A DNA stretch of 63,941 nt, counting the filler, from Bigelowiella natans CCMP2755 (lineage: Eukaryota; Protista; Cercozoa), in assembly GCA_000320545.1 (NCBI GenBank). It is 7 parts of 7 records of this genome, joined end to end, with 100 filler letters (N's around TTAATTAATTAA, not from the genome) between each part and the next. Parts side by side here need not be neighbours in the genome. Positions count along the whole stretch, not along the records: positions 1 to 14,735 come from ADNK01000551.1; 6 more parts are not named here. One strand, written 5' to 3'. The notes beneath the pieces were generated by a model. It saw only the letters and a list, made by a program, of their open reading frames with translations. It was not told the DNA's origin and did no database searches. Positions 1 to 8,098 of the stretch are shown here, piece by piece. Made by a program: the position numbers and the translations under genes. Position 1 is the first letter of the stretch; each line of letters begins with the position of its first letter.

Positions 1-20
1 CATCAGGGATAGCCTGGAGC

Positions 21-2726
21 TCAGGACTCCCAGGTACGGTAGCAGTTAAAGCCTCTGCTATATAAGCTTTGTTTTTTAGCAACGTTGACCTTGATAATCT
101 TTTTAACCCAGCACTTTCCAAGTGGCCACATCAACGAAGGTAAGTAGTGATAGCCATCGTACTTATAAACATCAATTTGCACGATATCTAAGAAGTTCCT
201 TGCTTTGATTTTCTTAGATGCACGGCTCTTGCTGGACTCCTTGGTGGCGACGCCTGCCGCCTTCAAGCTGGAGCACCTGCAGCCACGCAGGTATGTCCTT
301 ATCTCTTTTAGCTTGTAGGGCCAGTAGTAATGGTAGAGTAGAGCAGTGATATGGTTTTCTCCTACGTGTGCAGGTCCATGGGCGGTAAAGAGAAGGGCTC
401 CCCTGGTCCGCCGTGGCACGTAGGTACGCCTAACATTATTAGTGTATACATATATCCTATCACTAAGTACCTCATGCTTGTGTTTGTATTTATCCAGGTG
501 TTCTTGAAGGTGCTGGAGCTCCTCTGGCTCAGGCAGGAAGTCGCCGTCCTCGAAGGTAATCGCGTTAACCATAGGGGTGACCTGGGTAGGGACTTTCTTT
601 TCGAACAGCCTGCTGAAATAGTCAGCAAGCTGCTTGTCTCCTGGTGCGTAGACCACTGTCCTCTTGTTCCTAAACTCTTCCGTGTCCGCCCTCATAGCTG
701 CATACTCATCGTTAGGCGCTTCGAGCTTGCGGTCGATGCCTAGGAGGGGCTTGTGGTCAGTCATTAAGGTGAAGCTGGGCACCGACAGCAGGTAGTATCT
801 TAGTTTCCTCTGCGCCTCAGTCATGGCTTTATACTCTCCTTTTGTAGGGCTGTACTTGGCCTCAGCTGCTGTGCAGGCCCTGCCCCACACCCGTATGATC
901 TGCTGGTCTTGGGTAAGTACAGCAGCCATACCTAGCTTAGACCAGTCTGTCCATAGGGTAGCTGGTCTAGTAGTGTCTAGCTTAGCATTCAATAGGGTGT
1001 TGCTGCATAACTTTATTAGGTTATCGAAGTGGGCATCAAGGCCAGCCTTGGCCCACACCTTAGCGAAGCTGAGGCCTACAGAGTTCTCCTTCCGGTAAGC
1101 AGTAGTAAAAGCAGCTGCAGTCCTAGCGTAGGTAGGGGAGAACCTACGTAGTATCCAAGCTGCAGTCTGCAAGAATGACTTTAACTCCTTTGCATTCTTA
1201 GGTTTAGGGGCTTGCTGTAGTGCTGCTACTTTCTCGGGGTTTGGGGTGATGCGGCCTTGCTCCAGGTAATATCCACACCACTTGATTCTTGTAGCTAGGA
1301 ATGTACACTTCTGCAGTCTAATAGTAAAACCGAAGTGTGCAAACCTAATAAATATATTTTCCAGGAGGAAGATCTGAGCGACGACTGTGTTGGTACATAT
1401 TATGTCATCATCCACATACACAAACACAAACACCCACAACACAGACGCCATCCCATCATGTGTGTATGCCCTGTAGTTCTGACTACTGAACGCATCCCCT
1501 GATATGCTTAGGCCGTAAGGGAATACGACGAAGTGCCACTTCCTGTGCCTGCTGGAGAACGCGGTAATGGGGCGGGAGGTTTTGTGGATGGGTGTCTGCA
1601 TGTATGATTCATTTTTATCTAGGGAAGAGTAGTATTTGTATCCTATGACGTGTTCAATAACGTCATCTATCCTTGGTGTAGGTGTCTGGATCCTCTTTAT
1701 TACTCGGTTGTGGCGGATGAAGTTGTGCGCCAGGCGGAAGAAAGGGTAAGTAGGTTTCTTAGCTAGCACATGTCTCACGTTCCATGGTGAGTTGCTTGGC
1801 TCTATCTTCCCTTCCTTTGCCCATTCATTGATCTGCCACTCTATCTTTTCCCAGTCCGCTTCCGGTCGCCTATGTTCTGGGTCATTGATGATGCACTCTT
1901 CGTATCCCTTCTTTAGCTCGATCTTTACTGGGGTAAGCTTGCTGGAGGGCTTCGTCGTCGGCTTGGTGATGTCAGAGTACTTCTCGTTTAATATTTTATT
2001 AATGTACTTTTTGCCTTTGTCGATATCCCAATCATCAGCTGGGGGGGTCTTGTCCAGTAGCTCCGTTATCTGTCGGATGGTCTTGCCGGGGTTCTTCTTC
2101 CGTAGCTCGGTAGGTGTAGGTAGCTTGTTGTCCGCTAGGTCCATAAACTCTAACGCATTAACGCTTGACTCAGAGGTCCACTCGTCAAGCCGTATCATGT
2201 TCTGGCTGATGGTCCTGCCTGACTTCTTTGGCAACTTAGCAAAGTATATCTTGTGATTGTAGAATGATATGATCCCCCCTAATTTTTCTAGGGCATCCTG
2301 TCCGAGGAGTAGTTCCATGGATAAAGTCATGGCTACTCGGGTCTTGATTTGGGTCTCCGCGTCGCTGCCAGGTATCTGTAGCTTTAGCATTAGCTCACCG
2401 ACGGTCTTCATGGAAGAGCTTCCGTCTGCTTGAGCATATTTACGTTCTTTCTTAGTCACTTGATCCAATAGTCCTAACCTTCTTACTGTGCTTAGGCTTA
2501 TGAAGGACTTCGGCATGCTGCCACTATCCCAAAGGGCAGGTAGTTTCTTGTAGTCTCCGTAGCTGTCTTTAACTTTAACCTTGGTCATAGCAACTTTGAT
2601 AGTCCTGTTAGCGTCTTCGTCATTAATGTTGCATACTCCTAAGTTCTTTATGTCGTCTAGGGTCATGGGCTTGTCTTGGTCCTGCGTTGCTAGCAACGTG
2701 ACTTGGGGGAGGTGTAGCGCGTACCA
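21..2726 (-). CDS. pol: Pol polyprotein (aspartic protease, reverse transcriptase, RNase H, N-terminal part of integrase)
   Basis: LWDSGS protease motif; SPWN...FRL, FPYGL and YVDDDII RT motifs; TDWS...YSPTKGE...TDHKPL...ADYFSR RNase H; H-x3-H...C-x-C zinc finger and IVQID integrase core. The frame opens after the TAG at 2727-2729. Confidence 0.95.
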   Translation of the reverse strand, partial: WYALHLPQVTLLATQDQDKPMTLDDIKNLGVCNINDEDANRTIKVAMTKVKVKDSYGDYKKLPALWDSGSMPKSFISLSTVRRLGLLDQVTKKERKYAQADGSSSMKTVGELMLKLQIPGSDAETQIKTRVAMTLSMELLLGQDALEKLGGIISFYNHKIYFAKLPKKSGRTISQNMIRLDEWTSESSVNALEFMDLADNKLPTPTELRKKNPGKTIRQITELLDKTPPADDWDIDKGKKYINKILNEKYSDITKPTTKPSSKLTPVKIELKKGYEECIINDPEHRRPEADWEKIEWQINEWAKEGKIEPSNSPWNVRHVLAKKPTYPFFRLAHNFIRHNRVIKRIQTPTPRIDDVIEHVIGYKYYSSLDKNESYMQTPIHKTSRPITAFSSRHRKWHFVVFPYGLSISGDAFSSQNYRAYTHDGMASVLWVFVFVYVDDDIICTNTVVAQIFLLENIFIRFAHFGFTIRLQKCTFLATRIKWCGYYLEQGRITPNPEKVAALQQAPKPKNAKELKSFLQTAAWILRRFSPTYARTAAAFTTAYRKENSVGLSFAKVWAKAGLDAHFDNLIKLCSNTLLNAKLDTTRPATLWTDWSKLGMAAVLTQDQQIIRVWGRACTAAEAKYSPTKGEYKAMTEAQRKLRYYLLSVPSFTLMTDHKPLLGIDRKLEAPNDEYAAMRADTEEFRNKRTVVYAPGDKQLADYFSRLFEKKVPTQVTPMVNAITFEDGDFLPEPEELQHLQEHLDKYKHKHEVLSDRIYVYTNNVRRTYVPRRTRGALLFTAHGPAHVGENHITALLYHYYWPYKLKEIRTYLRGCRCSSLKAAGVATKESSKSRASKKIKARNFLDIVQIDVYKYDGYHYLPSLMWPLGKCWVKKIIKVNVAKKQSLYSRGFNCYRTWES

Positions 2727-4074
2727 CTACGCGGGCATCTGCTGCTATAGCATTGATACTGTTCTGCTTTTTGTTCTTATATTTATTGTTCTTCCCGTTG
2801 TTGCTGCCTTGCCATTTGCTGTTGTTATATCCTTGTCCTCTGCCTTTCTTTCTCTTTAACTTCTCGTAGTGTTCGTTGAGCTGCCTGATCGTCATCCTGG
2901 GTCGTCCTTCTTTCCTGTCTCTGCAGTCTTTAGCGGTGTGTTTCCCTTTACGTGAGCAGTATCCGCAACGTCGGTTACCTTCCCTGTCCTTGTACCAGTC
3001 TCGCTGCGGCTTAATAGCGTTAATGTTTCCTATGCCAGGTACCTTAGGGCTGGTAAACTTGCGGTCCTGCTCCTGCTCGCGTAGGGATATAGCCTGCACT
3101 GCTGCCTCCATCGTGGTGTAGCCTTTCTCCGTAACGTAAGTGGATTCCTTTATCTTTAACTTGAACTCTTCAAACCTTGCCTGATCATCACCTGTGTTGT
3201 AATTAAAATCATGTAGTTCGTCGATCATATCCTGGAAGCGCGTGGCAAAGTCTCTAACAGGTTCTCTCTCATGCTGCATCATTGCTCTGTATTTTCTAAT
3301 AGCCTGGGGTAGGGAGTTAGCATCCTGTTCATTTACAAAAGCCTTCATTATCGCCTCAACGTCTCGTAGCCCACTAACTGTAGTGTGTATTTTCTCTAGC
3401 TGCCTGATCCGGGTCCTGCCTGTCTCGTAAAGGTCCATGGCTTGCTTTATTATAGCTAGCCATTTGAGCTTGTCGTTTTCGGTGGGGTTAGGGGTAAAGT
3501 CGCAGAGTATACTCCTAGCGTTCTTCCACCACCTCCTTGCCTCACCTCTTTTCCCGTTGTATTTCGTTATCATAACCGGTGCTGTTTTAACAGACATGAA
3601 CTGGGTGTTCCGCTGTACCGGCTGCTGCTGCTTGACGGTGCTCTGGGTCGTCCCCCGCGAGGCGCCCAGACCCCCGTCGTTCCTAAACAAAGCTGCCCAC
3701 TCTGGAGGTAAGTCTGCTTCGTAATCCATGATGTCCTGCATGATAGCTGCCCAAACATCATGTGTCTGATACTTGTATTCTATCGATACTTTCAGTTTGG
3801 CGTAGTTGCTCGCCCTGGGTCGCAAGGCTCGTAATGCCATTACGACCTTCTTGCTTTCGGCGGCCACGTCCTCGTCGTCCGCCTCGTAGAAGTTCTCCAG
3901 TGCCTCTGCTGCTGCATCTGCTTTCTTAATCCCGGGTGCTGGTCCCGGCGGTGCCTGTGGAGGTGTTCCTCCTCCTTCCTTAGCGTCCGTATCGCCCTTC
4001 CTTTCCTGTTTCTGCTCGTGCCCTTGCACGGCCTGCGAGCCAAAGTCCTGCTGTTCTTCTAGCTGCTGTGACAT
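2623..4074 (-). CDS. gag: Gag (capsid + zinc-knuckle nucleocapsid)
   Basis: 483-aa ORF just downstream of the PBS; MHR-like MMQHEREPVRDFATRF; CGYCSRKGKHTAKDC (C-x2-C-x5-H-x4-C) knuckle. Confidence 0.92.
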   Translation of the reverse strand: MSQQLEEQQDFGSQAVQGHEQKQERKGDTDAKEGGGTPPQAPPGPAPGIKKADAAAEALENFYEADDEDVAAESKKVVMALRALRPRASNYAKLKVSIEYKYQTHDVWAAIMQDIMDYEADLPPEWAALFRNDGGLGASRGTTQSTVKQQQPVQRNTQFMSVKTAPVMITKYNGKRGEARRWWKNARSILCDFTPNPTENDKLKWLAIIKQAMDLYETGRTRIRQLEKIHTTVSGLRDVEAIMKAFVNEQDANSLPQAIRKYRAMMQHEREPVRDFATRFQDMIDELHDFNYNTGDDQARFEEFKLKIKESTYVTEKGYTTMEAAVQAISLREQEQDRKFTSPKVPGIGNINAIKPQRDWYKDREGNRRCGYCSRKGKHTAKDCRDRKEGRPRMTIRQLNEHYEKLKRKKGRGQGYNNSKWQGSNNGKNNKYKNKKQNSINAIAADARVVVRATPPPSHVASNAGPRQAHDPRRHKELRSMQH

Positions 4075-4085
4075 TGTTAGTCAAA

Positions 4086-4108
4086 TCGTTTCCCGTGTGT
4101 GGAAGCCA
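4086..4108 (-). promoter_or_regulatory. Primer-binding site (tRNA 3'-end complement, possibly Glu/Asp type)
   Basis: TGGCTTCCACACACGGGAAACGA 5 nt after the LTR end; its complement TCGTTTCCCGTGTGTGGAAGCCA resembles a tRNA T-arm/acceptor stem with CCA. Confidence 0.6.
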
Positions 4109-4113
4109 AAGGT

Positions 4114-4439
4114 TGTTGCGCGTAAGGTGTTCACAGGCCGAGGCGCTACGTGCACAAGTAGGCAGGGGGGGGGAAAGGCACGTTTGCTTCCTTTTGAAGA
4201 GTTGTGTTTATTTTTATTAAAGATTATATTTTTATTAAATCGTGCACTGCGTAATCATTCGCGAAGCTTTCGCGAATGCCGCCGCACGTGGGGCAGCACA
4301 CTTCCGGTGTGCTGCCATGAGTCCCGCCGGAACCCACGTGCCTATGCTGTATTAATATCTACGTTATCTATATTCTATATCCGCGACAACCCCTTTGTTG
4401 TCGCACGTGACTTGTGCCCGCGTAGTGGTACGCGCTACA
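4114..4439 (-). repeat. 5' LTR (~326 bp)
   Basis: Minus strand begins TGTAGCGCGTA and ends TACGCGCAACA (11-nt terminal inverted repeat, 1 mismatch); internal AATAAA signals at ~4207-4236; followed by a PBS-like TGG. The second LTR is not in the window. Confidence 0.75.
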
Positions 4440-4540
4440 TTCAGAACAATCAACCACCACGACGTCCCAACTGCCATGAGTCCCGCCGGAACCCACGTGC
4501 CTATGCTGTATTAATATCTACGTTATCTATATTCTATATC
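4312..4540. repeat. 70-bp exact direct repeat (4312-4381 inside the LTR; 4471-4540 outside)
   Basis: CTGCCATGAGTCCCGCCGG...TATTCTATATC occurs twice with identical sequence. Confidence 0.95.
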
Positions 4541-4695
4541 TGCCCATTTCTGTGGCCTTTGTTTGCTTGGCCTCGATCCGGGTCACCCCAGCACAAAGAC
4601 GTGTGCGTGTGTGCGTGTGTGCGTGTGTGCGTGTCGACCGCAACGCACGTTGTGCGCATGTGCATCGCACATCGTCGATGGCATCATGGTTGAGC

Positions 4696-4893
4696 AATGA
4701 ACAATGAACAATGAACAATGATGACGAACCACATTTCCAAAATGTTGCAAGACATTTGCAGTGTTCGAAATGCAGTGCCTCGAACGACCAGCAGGATCCA
4801 ATGAAGTTCGATCCGAACAATGAACAACAATGATGAACTACACTTCCAAATTGTTGCTAGACACTTGCAGTGTGCGAAATGCAGTGCCTCGAA
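4696..4893 (+). repeat. Dispersed (AACAATG)n-headed repeat, two tandem copies; further copies at 42676-42758 (-) and 43615-43698 (+)
   Basis: The copies at 4702-4785 and 43615-43698 are identical over ~84 bp; the other two are diverged. Confidence 0.85.
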
Positions 4894-5304
4894 GTGCTCG
4901 TAGCTTGTGAGGTCCAATCTGAGCAGGAACTTGCAGAAGGCTGCCTTCGATTCAATGGTTTGTCTCAGATTTTGATGCATGTTGTGCGATAAATATTTTG
5001 CGAAGCGATGTTTGTACCAATCGCCCTTCGTTTGTGGTGTCATAATGAATGAAATAGTTGTCGCACACACTTTTCACACCAAAACAAATCTCTCCCCACA
5101 CGCTTCCTCCGAACGGCACACAAGATAGGTAAGGGTATTCCCCCACCCAATCTAAAACCTATTCTATATTTTGACAGAGTAGAACACTCAATCGCAAGTT
5201 GTTGAGTATGTGCATCCAGATGCATCTCTGGTGGTAGTTTCACTTTCATTGTACGTAAATAATCTCGAATAGGGCGGAATTGATTCCACGTTATCACTTC
5301 CCCA

Positions 5305-8059
5305 ATGAATCGGAGAGAATTAATTGAACAGTGGGAGAAATGGGCTGACACAGCCCCGTGTCGCCCTTCGGAACCAGCCCCGCCTGTGAAGAGGAGATTA
5401 AGAACAACAAAAAAACATTCATTCGCGTCTGTGCCCTCCCGTCATCCTCCGAAGGCCCCAGGGATGAAGAAGGGTTTGAAGGTAGGGGTTAATAAAAGCA
5501 TGGGAGCTGCAGTGGTTTTTACGGGTGATCTTCAGGCCCAAGCTCTAAAGTAGGTCAAAAGTTTCGGTGCTAGGGTGAAATTTAAAGTTGTTTTTGAAAA
5601 CTTGTCTAGGTGGATCAACGAAGTAATGGGGAAGAATTTGAGCGGCTTCGAGCAGCTATTGAAGGGCGACATTCTTTGCAAACTTGTGAATAAGATCAAA
5701 CCTCGCACAATCAAACGCATCAACCGCATGAATCAGCCGTATTTCAAAATGGAAAACATCGAAAGCTTTCTGAACGGGTGCAAGGCGATTGGTGTTTTGG
5801 ACCACGATCTCTTCGTGACAGTGGATTTCTTTGAGAAGAAGGAGTTTACGAAGGTGTGCAGCGATAGAATCGTGAGATATGTACAGTATACCTGAATTCA
5901 GACACACAGCGACACGCGCGCGCGCATGCACGCACAGATACACATATCCATGTTGTGATCGTCCTGTACATTTGTACTTTTTATCTCCAATTCATTAAAA
6001 TCATGATCAGGTAGCGCATACCATCCTCCACCTAGGGCACGCCTCCAGATCTCAGCCCTCGTTCAAGGGTCCTTACTTGGGCACGACTCCTTCTTCTTCT
6101 GAGGCCAAGGTTCGATCGGAGAAATTGGCTCTACAAAATGAGGAAAGGAAGCAGACTGAGGAAGAACTCGCCTCTCAAGATAATGGTTCCCAAAACCGTG
6201 TGCGTTCTGTCTCCAAGCAGGAGGTCGAGAAGCAGCATGAAAGCTTGATAAAGGCGCAACAAGAGGAGAATCGTATCAAGGCCGAGCAGGAGCGGCGGCT
6301 CGAGATTAGAGAGAGGGAGTTGCAAATCCAGCTGCAGGAGGCCGAGATGGCCACCAAGAGAGCAGAAATAGCCGCACGGAAGGCGGAAGCGGACCGTGCC
6401 CTATTGGAGGCCAAAAAACAGAAAAAATTGAACGAAATTGCAGAGAAAGAAAAAGAATTAGCCAATTCAAAGTACAAGGAATTGCAGGAGCGTGAGGAGG
6501 CCTTGGCTAAGCAAAAGGAGCAATTGATGAAGGAGCAGGAACGCATCATGAATATTGCAAAGGAGCAAGAGTTAGCACGTAAAAGGGAGCAAGAGATGCA
6601 AGAGAAGATGCAACTACAATACCAAGAGAAACTTGATTTGCTAAAATCCAGCATGGAAGAAAAGATGTACCAGAAACAGTTGGAGATGGAAAGTGAGATG
6701 GCGAAACGCCACGCCGACATTCAACAGGAGAAGGTCCTGGCCGAGAAGCGCATGGCTGAGTATCAGAAGATGCTAAAGAAGGCCAGGGCAGAGGCCGATG
6801 AGACCAAGACACAAGCCCAGAGAGAGTCTGTACTTGTTGTTTGCATGTTATACTTTTTATAGAAGATGAGCACCATGAACAAAAATGATGGATTATTGTA
6901 GTGAATTGGTGTTGGTTGCTTTTTCCTTTGACGCAAGGATCTGGTAAATATGAAATATTTCTCTCCAGCTTTTTCCTTATCTCTTACTATAGTGAAGTCT
7001 TCCTCCTCCCATTGTCGTGTATTCTTCATCCAGTTGTTAATTAATGAGCAATCATGCTAACTGCTAAATTCTACTCAGGGCCGACGAACGAGTCGCCAAT
7101 TTGAAGCTGAAGTTGGAGGAGCAGCTTGCCTTGAAAGAGGAGGGGCATGACCAGGCACAGGGTCAGTTAGACGACCTTAAGCAGCAGCTCTCCCTTCTAC
7201 AGGCCGAGCAGAGGAAGACCAAAACCAAGCTTCAACTGGAGAAGGATGCCGCAATCCGCAAGCTCGAGTCCAAAATGGAGAGTGAACGTAATCAGATGAA
7301 GATCAACATGCTGCGCGAGCAAGAGCGCCTCAGGCTCGAGGCAGAACAGAAGGCTTTGTCTGAGACACGGAGAGCGGTCAAGAACTCCAAAGTCGAGATG
7401 GAGCAGAAGATGCGAGCTGAGTTTGACGAGGCTCTCGCGGAGGAGCGAAAGCGATGGAAGCAGGAACAGGAAAATATCAAAATGCAGGCCAGAGAAGACC
7501 AGAAAGCTGCCGAGATGCGACTCAAGCAGGAGTACCACAAAGAGCTCAGTTTAGCAAAGCAGAAGATTGCTTCCGAGGGAGCATCAGAAGCCGAGCAAAA
7601 TCAACAACTTTTAGAGGCTGAAAAGGAGGCCAGACAGCAGTTGGAGTCCCGTATAGAGACTATGAAGCTGGAAGTCGTCCAAGAAAGAGTCAAGAAGGAA
7701 AGTGAGAGCACCAAAGTACAGGCTGAGAACAACGCTCGATTGAAACAGGAGTACGAGAATGAAATGAAACGTCACATGAAGAAGATGGAGCTTCGCCTCA
7801 AGTCCGAGGAGATGCGACAGAAGGACAGGGAAAAGGAGTTACGGGAACAGATGGCTCAGCAGAGTAAGAAACTCAACACCGAAATGGACCGATTGCGAAA
7901 AGAGAAGGTGGAAGCGGAGAGCCGCCTAAAGGATGCCGCCAACGTCTCTGATCTAGAAAAGATACAGAACGAGCAGAAAATCGCCGAGCTTGAGCGTTTA
8001 CTCAACGAGAAGCACTCGGAGCTCACTGCAAAGAAGATTATCGAGGAGGTAGTATATAT

Positions 8060-8098
<39 letters not shown>

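Larger units (their letters stand above)
1..4439 (-). mobile_element. Ty3/Gypsy (Metaviridae) LTR retrotransposon, 5' portion; the 3' end lies beyond window position 1
   Basis: Minus-strand order LTR-PBS-gag-PR-RT-RNaseH-IN; integrase after RNase H is the Gypsy arrangement. Confidence 0.95.

Noticed and set aside
2713-4439. gag flanked by 25-bp inverted repeats as an invertible switch, DNA transposon or DIRS-type element
   Set aside because: No recombinase or transposase is seen; the element has protease and DDE-type integrase motifs and a normal LTR/PBS. The repeat is reported as an LTR-end copy instead.
4312-4540. Direct repeats with a spacer as a CRISPR array
   Set aside because: Only two 70-bp units, LTR-derived, in a eukaryotic context with no cas genes.
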